A DNA stretch of 64,000 bases from Rhina ancylostomus (GCA_030265395.1 JARFYF010000063.1:104958240-105022239), one strand, 5' to 3'. Counted from the stretch's first letter, positions 48,201-62,059 are shown. Translations and numbers: made by a program. The notes: a model not told the origin generated them from the letters alone.

Positions 48201-51200
48201 AGTTTTTCTAATAGATGATGATTCTTGGGTACCATACTTTCTCCTGGCTGGTAACCTAGTGAATATGTGATTCTGTTGATTAACCATCACTACGTATAGA
48301 AAAATCTTCTTAATTAATAAATAACTCCCTCCAAGGAGTCCTCAGTTTAAATTGATATTTTAATTCTACATATACCAATTGAAAAACAATTGAACCAACT
48401 TCCTTCAAGAGAAGAAAAACAGTTATTAATCAAAATAATGAAATTATATTTGAATTGCTTAGTTCTACATTACACGTCTTTTTAAAAATAAACTGTGGGA
48501 AATAAACAACATAGCCCTAGAAACTAAATTGTATTACTATATTTATTTCAGTGCCATAAGGTGGGAAATGTACTTACCAAAGAGCAAAAAGTGATAACAA
48601 CTATTTCCAGGCCATTTCACGTCTCTCAGGAATGGCAGGAGTGACAATCATGCATCAGATGTGATATCAGTGCCATAAGCACATCAAATTATGTAATTCT
48701 CTGTGTGAAGCATTGGGTGGGAAACTGATCTATATTGTAATGAGAGTAACCATGTTTTTCATAGCATAACCCCAACCTGGGAGTACACTAAATTAAGTCT
48801 CATATTTACATTTTATCCCCACGGTTCTCATCTAGCTGTTCTTCCATCCAATTTCCTCTCCATTAACACCCGACCAAGTCCTTTAAAATAATAATCTCAC
48901 CCCAACCTGCCATCCCCAAGACCTTCTGATCATTCCAGGACCTATTTCTACTCCCCCACCCAATTCAATCCACCAATCCAATGATTACCCTCAAGGCAAC
49001 TAATCGAGGCCACTTACCTGAACACTGACCCAAACTCAGGCGCTGATCAATGACTTAATCCCACAAAACCAAGCACCTGCCTGATCACCTATGCAGCACC
49101 AAACCCTAATTGCCACCATAGTACCTTCCTCCCCTCCCAACTCTGGCCACTTACCTAAATGCCAATTTAGGTAATCTGAATTAAAATTAAAAACATAATG
49201 GTCTTGTGCATGAAGTATAAAATGAATCAAAGATCATACATAGTCTAAACAAATTTGGGAGAAACAACTTATGATAGCAATTGTAAAATTTGTGTCTGTA
49301 TTTAAAAATGTAAAAGTATTGCTAACGTTGCCAACCGCAAAGATGAAATTCAATTTTAGAAGTACACTGACGTTGGTTTATTTTGCAAGGTGATGGCCAT
49401 GAAATAATTGTGATCAATTTTCGGGCAGAGCAACAAGCAGAGGATATAACAATAAAATACAGCAATCATCATATTCAGGATTCCATCCAAAGAGATCCAT
49501 CAACAAGCATGCTTTCAAAAATTTTATTGAACAACAGATTTTATTATTTTTTGTGGTAAATTTCCAAATAATTGCAATTTACTGCATGCTTAATCATTTC
49601 TTCTGAACTTTCGTCACAAGGAAGAATGTTCACTTTTTGATCTGCTATTTTGCAGACCTGTGTACAGATCTTTCTTTTAAATTTCAAATGTAAATCGCAG
49701 CAAACAAATAATGATTACATAACAAATGTGCTAAAAATGGCAATGACAGATATCAGCAATGTGAAAAAGATATAAACTATGATTCATTGTATAATCTCTT
49801 TTGCACAGTCATGTGATAATTATGTTGTAATTCAGTAACATATCAGTTATTTCATGGTGTAGTACAGTAATATAGGACTATTCCTCCTGTTTCATTTACC
49901 TATTGATGTAACATCGGTTACATAAAGCAGGTCGACATAAAAAGAGGCATGCATTAATTATTGTGTTGAAACTCACAATTATATAATGCAGTGTGATATG
50001 CAATTTTCAAGGTGCTGAAGTCGAAGAAATAGGAAGATGTAATTTTAATATAATGAGCACAGGCTAAAACTCACTTCAATTAAAACTTTAATCTGCTGCT
50101 ATAATAACCTCAGTGCAATTAAGGTAATATTTGAATCCAGTCCAGTTCTGTTATTCAAGGATTATGAGTTACCAGCATTCCCAGGAGAAGACTAATATCC
50201 CGTTGCTATATAACCAATAAAAGAAATATATAATAGATATCCATGTGTGAACACACATTGTGATAATATATGATTAAAATCTGAAGAAAAGCAATTCTGT
50301 TTTTCTCTCTACCCTGCTACCATCCAAATTACCAGTAGCACTTTCCACTCCAAACTCAAATTTAAATCTAAATTGGAAAAGAACCTTGTAAACAGGGCAA
50401 TTGGGCGAATTTAGTGTCACTGTCTGACACAACAGCCAGAAGCAGACAGTCTGAAACGACACCACCACTGGAACCACCTGCTTTCTAAATTTCCCTGAAA
50501 TCTTTTCCACCACCGTTCTCTGCAGCGCCTCATGTATGGCTGAAGCAGCATCTTTGTATTATACGAACAGTCTGCTCCATAATCAAATACCATCTGTCGC
50601 TACATCTGAACCTAGTTTTAACATCTGTGCTTTCTGGTTTTAACAAAGCTTTAAAAACCAATTCACAAGTTTCACAGTCCACTGCTCAGATACAAAATTA
50701 CAAACTCAAATGTGTGTTTTCAAAAATTTGTCAATGTACTCTTACACTAGAGTTTGCAAATCGTTGAGATGTTCCCTCTCTGAGGTATTTGTGAGATTAA
50801 ATACTATTCACCTCAGCTTGGGCAGCCAAGTGTAAAGGAACAACACTTGTTCCTGGGAGCTGCAGCAACCTTTGCGTGTGCCAATAGAATCTGCACATGC
50901 CAATTGAGAAACAGCAAATTGATCAGCACTGCAACCCTTTTACTCTGAATGAGTATAGATACAGTGATGATAGAGGCAGGGGGAATGAGGGTGTGGGCTG
51001 ATGGTTGAACCTATTTGACATAGCTATTTTTTATCAGACTGTATAAGAGAATAGATAGTAACATAAATTCTACAGTAAGTTCTCTGGAGTGTGTTGCAAT
51101 TAAAAGCCATGGTGACTGGCAGCTGGAAGATTTTATTTCCTTGCATACAGTATATTGATACTCCTGATCAGGAATACAGATCAATAAACTCCGGGGCAGC

Positions 51201-51849
51201 CTTCTGAAGATTTGTCTTCAGAACCAACAGCAGGCAGGCAAAACTAAATTAGAAAATGATTAAAAAAAACACAGTATTCAGTGGCACGTACTGAGATTAA
51301 AAGTCAACTACCACTGGATGTGGTGTGAAGCAAGTTCATCTGCTTCTGTGGGTCACAGCGAAAGAAAACTTTAGTCATCTGTTTTAGCCAGCCTCTTGCT
51401 AGTTATTTCCATCAGTCATATACTCTGAAACCTGCCCTTGATTTCAGGTCACATTGATTAAGTAGAAGCAGAAGGATTCCTAATTTGATTAAATAAAACC
51501 TATACATGGATTAAACAGCCATATGCTAATATAAGGACAGACATTGTTAAAATTTAGAGGTCATATGTAAATGGAATGTGTAACTACATTTAAGTTTCTC
51601 TTTGTAAATGAGGTTAAGATCTTTATTTAATTTAACATCATTATATTTAATCCCTAATTTCATTTTTTTTAGTTTTGATTGAACAAAAACTTGTCTGAAT
51701 ATACCAGCTCCATTCAGTTCAAGAGGCAGCATCTGGTTTCTTAGGCCACATATTGACAACATAGATTGAAATAGTGATACTCTTTTTTTCCATTTAATTA
51801 TGGACTTTCTTGATATCAATTCTATCACATTTTAGTTACTGATGTTTAG

Positions 51850-52400
51850 GTGAATCCAGCCTCCAGAGCTCAATCTCATTTATTAAATGATCTATTCGAA
51901 TCACTAAACCTCTTCCATGTAAAAAAATTTCCTAACATCTGCCCTAAACTTCTTTCATTTATCCTAATCAGAAATGTCTAAGTTCATTAATAAGATTCTT
52001 ACTGAGATATCCAGTTTTGAGGCTAAAGATCCAATTATTTCTCCAGGTGATTCCTTTTTAACAGATGTCATTGTTTCTACTCTGTTCCTGGGCAAACTGT
52101 GTTCTAATTTATGACGATTGGAGTTGATACAGTATCCGGGCACAGCCTTAGGATGACTTGAAGAGATTTGAACTCAATTCATTTGGCAATACAACCCATC
52201 ATCTTGTTAGCTTTATTGAGTACTTCTGTAGACAAATAAATTAACACCCCTTTCTTTGGCAAGTTCCATCCCAGCATGCAGCACTCTATTTTAATTTCCA
52301 ATGTGCTGTACCTTCTATTTCCCCATATTGAATTGAATGTTGCACTGATCACCAGAGTGCTTACCTTATAAATGTCCATTTTGTGAGAGAGGGGAAAAAT
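51850..52400 (-). mobile_element. Ancient CR1 fragment
   Basis: Minus ORF 52179-52403 ends VLNKANKMMGCIAK, matching the CR1 motif A.KKAN.MLGCI. Confidence 0.6.
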
Positions 52401-55400
52401 CATCCAGAGACTCTTCTCCTCGCTATGCGATAATGCTGCTAGAAACTAGATGCAGATAGACATCATTAGAGTGGGATATTGGAAGGTAGCCTGAAAGTGA
52501 GTGCTGGCAGGCTTTGGTGTGCCACAGTACGTTGCAATCGAGCTCAGTCCTCTTCTTTATGGTGGCCAAATGCGTACTTTTAAATAGAGGTCACCGGATG
52601 GTGAAAGTGTTGCTTATTTATTCAAGGTCCAGGAGCAATTCTTATTTATTGCACAATCCAGGTAAGTGCAGTACCTCAGATCTAGTAATTTGGTGGCAAC
52701 GGGCACCATCTAATCTGCAGGACATTTATCAATGCCTGGCTTATGCAGACATTCAGTATTTAGATGTTCAGATGAGGAGCAGCCACTTCATTCTTCATAG
52801 TCTTCATTACTCAGGAATGTAAACCCTGACCAAGGAATCAATGAAGGGCAGAAAACTGGTGAAACAAAAGTAGGAGAAAGGGTTTGCACTGTATCTATCA
52901 GTCATACCATATCTGATTCAATGGCCAAGGAGTTCTAGAAGTGAAATTGCAATTAATATCCAAACATTAGTTTGGTTTCAATTATTATGCAATATTATCA
53001 CTAGAAAGGAGACCAATTTGTAGTAAGAGCTGATATAATAGAAGAACCAACAACCACCCTAATATAAATGGCTATAATAATGTAAATAGTATCATCCACT
53101 TCATAAATTCAAAAAAATTTATGCAGGGAAATAAATATTCAATCACATATTAAATGCATGTTGTCTGAGGTCCAGACCTTTCCTCTAGTTTCATAGCACA
53201 TGGCTTTATAAGAAGCAACAGCTGCTTTGGAATTGAGTCAGCCTTGTGGATATCCACTGAGTGAATCAGACTGCAGAAGGCAAGATAAAATTAATATACA
53301 AGGATCCTTTTTTTTTAAGAAAAAACATTCTTCAACACTGACAGCTGGCAGACTGTTAGGGAAAAGGTGACCGAGAAGGAAAGAAAACAAAGGCTTGTAG
53401 GAAATAAAAAAGAAAAGATTTGCTAAAGCTTGAGAGGTCATTAAGTTAAAACTAATGTAGAAGTTTGGCTGCAATTAGAGTGCACACAACAAATAGCTAG
53501 ATTGAAATAAATGTGTTGAAAGTATTTATTCTCTCATGCCAGCTCTTACTTTCAGTTCAGTGTTGCTGCTCTAATTACACTAAAGCAAGCAATATCAGCA
53601 AATCAACTTTCATTAGTTCCAGTTATCATAATTAGTTTTATTTGCAAAATCACATGCAGATAAATGCAACACCCACTTTAGAACTTAAGCTCACTTGCTA
53701 CTTTTGACAATGCACTAGAGACTATATATAATGTGCCCCCTAAGGATTTTAACAGTTTAATTTATATCTACAAGTGCAATTCTTAATTGTCTTGTTAATC
53801 CTTTATTTACCTTCCTTGACTCTGGAGTGTTTAAGGTCTCATTTTAATCTAAACAAAATATTTGCAAGCTACTCTGATATATTTTTGTCTCCACTGGGGA
53901 GGTGTAAACTGGGAATGAAAGAGTGGTATTTTATGTGCAATGATCCTTGAAGCTGTCCTTGATTTCTGTTTAAAGTACAAGTATAATTTTCCTTGTATTC
54001 TTGAAATGATACCATAAACATATCATTTATGGCACTGTGGAATTTGAGATTATGTCCATAACTGTAGTGATTTAAAATGCTCTGCAGCCTCCGTTTTCAG
54101 TATTAGTCTATGAACAAAACTCATCCATATATTACAAAACTTCATTTTAAATAGGCTGTACCCTCCATTAATATTGTATAAATGCAAATGCCATATAAAC
54201 ACATTACAGGTCTGTGCATTAATTTGTCAAAATAATTATTATGATAAAATAACATGGTGGCATTCATCGCAAGAGATGCTATGGTTTTCTCATTGTCATG
54301 GAACCAGATTGTGTATTTCAAGGTATTTAATAGTACATGGATATTGTTAACATTGATATAATTATTTTTTCTTTTTTTTATTTTAAATCAGCCAAATCAA
54401 TGTTGAAAATTAGGTTTGACTTTAATCAATTTTCAATCTGAAGTTGGAACCAAAATGATACGACAATTCCTTGCATCCTTTCCTGAAATAAATTATTTTA
54501 TTTGCCTAATTTGAATAAGCAAATCAAATTAATCAAGTTTAAAATCAAATTAATTTTTCTTTGGGGTTTTTGATACTGAAACAAGATATCATTAATTGTG
54601 TCAAAGCATAGATTTGAAACAAAAGTAAAAGAGTAAAACTGATCAGCACTGAGGGGATTTTGTTTTTAATTTATAAAACTGTGTCATCTTCTCAAATGTA
54701 GCATGGTTGCTAGGAAATTAAAAGGGAAATTACAGAAAGTCAGTGCTAAAATGGGCCATCTCAAAACAAGAAATTAACTTCTAGGTTTTCACCTCTATGA
54801 GTTATAGCAAAGACTGAAATCTGCTGACAGGAAGTAACGGACAAGGTAAAATATTCCAGCATCTATTGTTCAGTTATGGAAAGATTTCACAGGCTATATC
54901 AGCCAAAGTGCCATGCAACATTAATATCTCTACCATGTAGAGAATAAATTATTATATGAAAAAGTGCTAATCATGAGCTTCTGTTATGATGAGAATATTT
55001 TCAGTTTCCTCCCTTTACTTCCAATGCAATATTGAAAGCATGATAAAACCCGATCTGCTGTGTTAGGTAGATCCACATGAATGTGGAAAGCAACCTTTTT
55101 TGTTTTTATAGGTCAGGAAACATAGAAAGCACTACGTCCTGCATGAGCTGCAATTAGAAACAGATGTTGCCTGCTTAAAGGTATATAGGTGACAATGTGA
55201 CAGTGCTGGTAGAGTGAACATGTTATTTGTCAGACAACAGATGTTTTTCAGTTTCTACGCCAGAATCATAGACCTGAATTTGTCACAACCTTATGTGTGG
55301 ATTAAAGACTACTGTTAAATTTCAGACTACTTTCACATCATGCAAATTTAAAGGGAGAAGGTAATTTCAGAGCTTCCCTTAATTTATTTTGCAGCACATG

Positions 55401-55429
55401 TTCAAATATATATTTATTCTTGATTGAAG

Positions 55430-55690
55430 AAAGACTTTTATTATGTCAGAACTACTCAAAGAGATGTAGCAGATGTCTCAAACAAAGTAAACCAGTCTTG
55501 GTGATTTAAATAGAGGTAGGTATTTACATTATTCTGATGTACAGGTGATTTTGCAGAAGATACATTTCAACATCTTTTACTTGTATAATTCTTTCCCTCT
55601 GTTACAGCAATGATTTAGTTTTCATTGAAAGTGTTTGTTGGCTGTGAATCACTTTGGGATTTCCTGAACTACTGAAAGTCTAAATATTTT
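55430..55690 (+). mobile_element. Ancient DeuSINE/L2-tailed SINE remnant
   Basis: ttacagcaatga...ttggctgtgaatcactttgggatttcctga...tgaaag resembles the L2-derived 3' tail of shark DeuSINEs. Confidence 0.5.
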
Positions 55691-55787
55691 CAGATTTTCT
55701 GCATTGTCAGTATTTTGTTTTTCTCTGAGTACAAAAAAATGAAGTCACTTCAGAGAACCAGCTTCTACGTAGTTATTCTTAAGTGGT

Positions 55788-56262
55788 CTAAAAGCAGAAA
55801 ATGTTGGGAACATTCAGCAAATTTTAAATTTTTAAAATATTTTATTTACAGCGTGGTAACAGGCCCTTCCGGCCCAACAAGTCCGCGCCGCCCATTTTAA
55901 ACCCATGTTAACCTACCCGTACGTCTTTGGAATATGGGAGGAAACCGGAGCACCCAGAGGAAACCCACGCAGACACAGGAGAAGGTACAAACTCCTTACA
56001 GGCAGCGACGGAATTGAACTGTGATCGCTGGCGCTGTAATAGCATCACGCTAACCGCTATGCTATGAAAAAAATACAGATGCTAATATTTCAGGTTGAAG
56101 ACTCTTTATTAGAACCAGGATAAAACAAGTTCGGATTAAGTGTCTTTGATCTGAAATTTTAACTCTTGTTTCCCTTTTCAAGTATGCTGTCTGACCAGCT
56201 GAGTGTTTCAAACATTTTCTGTCTTCATTTAAGATTTCCTGCACCTGTAGTATTTTCCTTTG
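55788..56262. repeat. Inverted-arm chondrichthyan repeat split by the SINE
   Basis: The left arm aaagcagaaaatgttgggaacattcagca continues after the SINE (tttcaggttgaagac) and is mirrored by tgctgtctgaccagctgagtgtttcaaacattttctg. Confidence 0.7.
55838..56064 (-). mobile_element. Young tRNA-derived V-SINE-like element
   Basis: On the minus strand: A-box-like TAGCATAGCGG, B-box GTTCAATTCC (~56010-56019), V domain (plus-strand ggaggaaaccggagcacccagaggaaacccacgcagacac), CR1-type tail gggccggaagggcctgttacc and an AT-rich end. CpG-rich. Confidence 0.9.
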
Positions 56263-57849
56263 CTGTTTTATGTCTGAATCTCTACTCCAATAATGGAAAT
56301 TGCACCTTCAAATATGTTTTAAAAATTGGGAAAACCTGGGTCAATGTAATACACATATCAAACTACAAATTAAATAAATATTATTTAGAGTTAAATAATA
56401 AATATTGAGGAACTCGAAAATGCCATATATATAAAACCACCATATGAATTGAAGGATCATTTGTAATTAAGTAACTATGCCAAGCCTTGTCTTGGTTCTT
56501 ATCTTGGTTTATGAACAAATAGTACTACGCAGTCTTTTCAGGTTTCAGTCTTACACAACATTTGCTGAAGCATATGAAATAGAGAGATAAAGCTCAGGCA
56601 TGGATAAAATACCTGAGGAAATTCAGACACAAAGGTTTTATCCAGGTAATTACACCACAACCAAATTTTCCCAATTCCTCATACTTGTCTATATCTCCCT
56701 GCTTTGAATGCATCTCAGCTCATGAAAATTACCCCACCCTAGGGCTAACGAAGTGTGCATGTGAATTTCCTGTAACTGAGCGGGCTTGCAATAGATATAA
56801 AATTACCCAAAATTTTAGGTATAGCAAGAAAGAAAATGATTTACCAATGTTATATTGTGTATTTTAAAATATTTTATAAACTTCATTCTCGATGATAATT
56901 GTGGTATGGTTTTTATTCCTCTGAATGCATTTTATGGGCCTCAGTACAAGCCATGTTAAATAATATACATTTCTCTGATTGAATCTACCTTTGCCTGCTG
57001 CACCTAATGTTCATGAATAATGGGAAGTGTTAGATATTTTCCATACTGAATGAAAGAATTTTAGTGTCACTTCCACACTTCCTTTAGCTCTGGATTGTTT
57101 TCAATGATTTTGGTTAGTTTACAATCAGTCTTACATTCTGATGTTTGCTAGTGGGTTTGGAGGGTAATTTATGCCAAGATGAACACCCATGGCTACAATT
57201 TTGGCTCTCAATTTACTGCCCCAAAAGAAATTCCACCACTCGAGTTTGGTCTCNNNNNNNNNNCTCCACAGACACTATGCAGTGAAGTCTTGAACTAATG
57301 TATAGATAAACAAATATGCCAGTGGGATCGTCTTGGGACACGGTTATAATGACAATTATATCTTGCACTACAACACTCTAAATTCTGGAGCTGATAGTGA
57401 TGGATATAAGCCGGTGTTAATTGTATTTCAGGATATTATGACATGGCAAGATGCTGGTTCGCAGTGATATTCCACAGACATTGAATTCCTGATCTCAGCT
57501 GTGCTGTCAGGGAAAACACCTCCCCACAGGGAGGAGAATGAATCTCTAGGGGGATGAGTTCTCCCAGCTGCTGCCTCAAAACCAGCATCAATGGAGGCCT
57601 GGGAAACATCAGCTGTCCAACAGCNNNNNNNNNNNNNNNNNNNNNNNNNNNNNNNNNNNNNNNNNNNNNNNNNNNNNNNNNNNNNNNNNNNNNNNNNNNN
57701 NNNNNNNNNNNNNNNNNNNNNNNNCCAACAGCTCAAACTAAAGATGGGGGGGGGGGGGTTCCTCGGCAGGAGAATTAGCAAAACATTTTGTCCATTCTTT
57801 CATTGGCATAATTTGTGTAAGATGTTTTAACTTGGGAACTGGGAGTTCC

Positions 57850-58370
57850 GTGTGCAGATATCCGTTCACTGTAGAGTACTCTATTGCTTAGCACAAAGTT
57901 CATAGCTTAGTTCAAACACCGCTTCAAAATAAAGGAAATTGCAAGGAGACAGAAACCCACTTGGAAAGATCATGGGAAACTTAAGCATGAAACGTCATCT
58001 CTATTAATAGGTCTCAAGGTAAAGAAAACAGTAAATATTTCCACTTACCTATTCTTTCATTGAGCATTCCTTATGCATTTATTAGTTTTAAATGTTCATT
58101 TTAAGTAATCCCCATAAAGCCTTCTGTCATTGGTGACAATTTTCCACTGAGAGGATCACAAACAACCCTTTCTTCCTTTCCATGCTGTAACAAGCAAAAC
58201 ACACTCCTAACTTTTTGCTGCCATCATGTGGTTTGTTGGGGGAATTATGATGATTTTGTCAAGCAATATCTTGGCTGTTAATGTGCATCTTGATTTCCAT
58301 CTCTGAAAGTTTGTTGTTTTTCTTATGACCTGCGCGCTAATCTTTGCATTCACAAGGTTTTGGATTGCTG
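57850..58370 (+). pseudogene. Second, more decayed Harbinger transposase remnant
   Basis: IGDNFPLR (~58130; cf. LGDKGYPL), AAIMWFVGGIMMIL-KQ (~58218; positionally matching AATRxVVERTIGILKQ) and tgcgcgcta..tttgca (CAL[HN]FA), in the expected order. Confidence 0.45.
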
Positions 58371-58957
58371 TGAACATTTCGGGAGCAATCTCTTCACAGC
58401 TGTGCAACTGCCTGTCCACTTATTGTGAGTAATGGAGTTAGAATCCTGTCAATCATCCCAGGCAAGAACGAGAGTAAAGAAGATAATCCTAATTGGATTA
58501 GACCATTCTATCATCCAGTATAATATACACACAGAGTGTCAAGGGCAATCAGAAAAATTATCTGTAACTTCTCAAGACTGATTGAGAAATCACATCACAA
58601 GATCTTTTTAAGAAGGCACCACCCTGAAGAGATGAGTGAGGTGACCTGTAATTCCATCTGGCAGGCCACCTTTACACCAAAAATGATTTTCCTATAAGAG
58701 AGCGTTTGAAGTAGAAAATGTCTTTCAACTTTAATCTTCCATAGTTCCAAAATAACAATCCCTAGACCAAGAACCAGTTTGAATTATTGCATTTTGGTAA
58801 TCATTGGTAAATGCTCATAGATCTCCCGTGGTCTTGTTCACAGTAAGTTGGAAGTCAAACTAATTTGTAGCGCTGACTTATTTAATTCCTAGGGATAACT
58901 GACACTTTCATTCCCAACAGATGTTCCAGAGGCAAAAGAAGACAATTTCACACTGTC

Positions 58958-58960
<3 letters not shown>

Positions 58961-58998
<38 letters not shown>
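58961..58998. repeat. (TG)19 microsatellite
   Basis: Directly visible. Confidence 0.98.
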
Positions 58999-58999
<1 letters not shown>

Positions 59000-59234
59000 T
59001 GCCACTCAATATCTTCCTCCACAGCTTGCCTCTCTCATCTCTTCCTTTGGGTGACGAAGTGCTGCCTTTCAGTACATTGCTGAAGACTCACAAAGATTCA
59101 AGTCACTTCTGTTCAGATCACTTCTATTGCTCCTTGTTGCTCTTCTACCTGGTATTAGTCCTTGAACCTTTGCCCTTGGTATGGACAACATTTTAGTGCC
59201 ATTAGATAATAGTCTGCTGAGTTCAAACTTATCA

Positions 59235-59618
59235 GTGAAGCTCTGGCTCCTCCTCCACAAAGATGTTAATGGTACCAACTGCTCTCAACGTGTTGACATC
59301 CTTTGCTGAAGAAATGCTTGTGGCAATGTATGCTGACATGCTCAGTACCCAAGTAACCCCTTCCTCCAGAGCAGACATATTTTCAGGCAATATCTACTGG
59401 AGGTGCATTGCAGGCTGTTTGGAAAGCACTTCAGCACAGTTGGTGCTGAGCATAAATTGCTTCTGCTCAAGAGTTTGCAAGCTGTTGGTGGCATTTTGCT
59501 CCCTTCTAACAGTTCCTCCTTCTGCTTTCAAGCTGCTGTCCTCCTCAGCTGGCATATTAGAATCTACATTTTCAGTTGGTGGAGGGTTGGGGCAGTCAGT
59601 AGAGCAAATACCAATTTC
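59235..59618 (-). pseudogene. Decayed coding-like exon, possibly a Harbinger accessory (ORF2) C-terminal exon
   Basis: After ttgatCAG, one frame runs 128 codons with a single TAG (59394-96): EIGICSTDCPNPPPTENVDSNMPAEEDSSLKAEGGTVRREQNATNSLQTLEQKQFMLSTNCAEVLSKQPAMHLQ*ILPENMSALEEG... It converges on the transposase remnant at 58 kb. Confidence 0.4.
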
Positions 59619-61094
59619 CTGATCAAATGTTCATGTAGTGTCAGGATTAAGAAACAATAAAAATCTTTTCACAGCATTAAAATCAGTCAGAACGGTGCAG
59701 TAAAATCTCCGCAAAACAAGCACTATAATGTGTGTCACGGATGTTCAAAAAAACTTGGCAGAAGTCGTGTGTAAGCATGGCACCAGGGTTTAAAAATTAA
59801 TGAGTACAAATAACTTAGGGATCACATTTGTCTGCTATGTGAGGGTTTATGAGAAGCAAGCAGTGATCTGGCTGGCTTCTGCAGCTAAGCTGGTACAGTA
59901 GGTGCTCTCTGCATGAGGAGTTTAAATAATGTCAATCCTGTAATCATGGTAAACTGTCAAAATTTCATTCTCCATATCTCTACTCATCAGAAAATTGACT
60001 GCCTTAAGAGTCATGTTTAAAACAATGTAAACAAAATATTAGTAGACAATGCATATTGTAACTTTGAAGGCAATTTTAACCTTTCCCTCATAGAAGCTGA
60101 GTGCCAGTGTTTAAACTTGCCCCTTCAAATGTTCCTAGTGGGGCCAAGATAAATGGGAGCACTTCTTTGGGCTCAGATCCTGGCAAGCTTGCCCCCTCCA
60201 TCCCTCCCCCATTCTCTCATGCAGCAGGTTTACCCCTGCTCCTGATTCCAAGATCCCTATAAGACCCCATGAGGCAGTCCTGGCAACCCATCCCTGCTGG
60301 CAGCCACAATAGGCTTGATGTGCACAACAGAGAGAAGTAATAAAAGCTCATGATAAATTTCATGCTGATATCACTTTGAAGAAGGGAAATAAGGGCAATG
60401 GTTTGGTTGTATTAGGTATTTCATTAATTTCTGTAAATGATATGGGTGTTACCTGTATGGCTGCAGAGATAACAAAATAATTTCAAAACCTTATCACATG
60501 GCAGTTATTGAACGTAGCTAAGTATTTAAGTGATCACTCTATATTTCAATAATAGGGAGCACCAATAATGTCAGTGAGAAACATATTCTGCAGAAATGAG
60601 CCTAAGATCAGGCTTATGAGAGGTTGTTTTGAACCATGTCAGTAATTATTTTGGCAAGACATGAGCCTCAGTGTTAAAGCATACAGCACTATGGTACAAA
60701 ATTCACACAACATGTTTTTATAACATTTCCTAAATAATAATTCTCTCATTTCAAAGGAAGAATTAATTATATAAGGCATCTGAGAAAGTTAAATCCACTA
60801 CGTAAGTGGAAATATTATTAAGTTTATTCTTTATTAAAAGCTCTCCATTCGCAATCTGTTGTAAAAAAAAAGGTTATTGTTTCATAAACAGAAAGGGTTT
60901 CAAATGTGTCTTAAATGAATGGCTCCTCATATTAGACAATAATAAAACTCTTGAACAGAGTGTTGTATAAAAGGTGGCATCATAAGCATTTTCTTACTAT
61001 AAATCATTTTCTTACCTTCTCATGTTCCTCTTAGAGTGGCCTTATGCTCTGTAGGTTTGACAACTGAGAAAACAGGGGTGCGTGAACACATTCA

Positions 61095-61585
61095 CTGCAG
61101 ATGCTGGAAATCTGAAACGAAAAGGGAAAATGCTAGAAATACTCAGCAGGTCAGGCATGAGTGGAGAGGCAAACAGTTAACATCATAGGTCAACATTTTT
61201 ATCCAAACTAGGAAAAGTTAAAGAAGAAGCATGTTTTACATTGCAGAGGAGGGGGAGCAGTGTCGGGATCGAAGGGAATGTCTGTAGTAGGGTGGAAACC
61301 AAGAGAGTGAGTGATGCTAATGGAATTGGTGCCATTTCAGAGAGGGTATTGAAGAGTCCTCTTTCATCTCCTCTATTTACACGTCCCAGATCTGTCTGAA
61401 GGAGGCCTTAATGGAAGAGATGAATGAGGACAAAGGAGAGAGGAAAAATACTGCAGTTGCTGGAAATCTGACACAAACAAAATTGCTGGAAATACTTAGA
61501 TCATCTGTGGAGCATCTGTGGAGAGAGAAAAACAGAGTTAATGTTACAGGTTGATGAACTTTCTCTAACTTCAGTTCATCATTGG
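61095..61585 (+). repeat. Chondrichthyan repeat with two direct copies of the arm
   Basis: tgcagatgctggaaatctgaaacgaaaagggaaaatgctagaaatactcagcaggtcaggca (61096) and tgcagttgctggaaatctgacacaaacaaaattgctggaaatac...gcatctgtggagagagaaa (61452). Confidence 0.8.
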
Positions 61586-62059
61586 ATTGACACTGCCTTG
61601 AAGAGGCTCATGACAGAGGTGCAGAGGGTGACAATTTCCCTAGTTGTCTCTCCCTCTTTTGCTCAATGATTCCTTATAGGAGCTGCAGAGTGAGAAACAA
61701 GTGTGGAAAATGGCACAGATCCTTCCTTCCATTGTGGTACCATGTCATTGGAGACAAATGGCTTGATTTTCTGCTGAAGGCACCATCTGGACACAGTGAA
61801 AAGATAAGAAACATTGAAGGACACATAATAGAACATGGTGTTTCCTCCCAAACAAGTTTATTGCCCAGGAACTATTAAATGATCAAGTAATAAAAATAAA
61901 AGTATAGGCCATTATACTGTATATTTTGACAGGAATTTTCCAAATTAGTATAATGTGGTTTTCCAAGTTTACCTATCTATTTACACAACTGATATCTGCA
62001 GCTAAACATTTTGGAGAAATCATCTTAGATTGCATAAGATTTCTGACCATAAGATGAGC

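Noticed and set aside
55985-56064. tRNA gene
   Set aside because: A/B boxes are present, but they form the head of a SINE, continuous with a V-domain and LINE-like tail. No full cloverleaf.
59263-59622. 119-aa plus-strand ORF
   Set aside because: It looks like the antisense shadow of the coding-like minus frame, with no recognisable domain.
61783-61800. CTCF-like motif (ggcaccatctggac), and a similar partial match near 50521
   Set aside because: Only partial matches to the core consensus; not supportable without a PWM scan or ChIP data.
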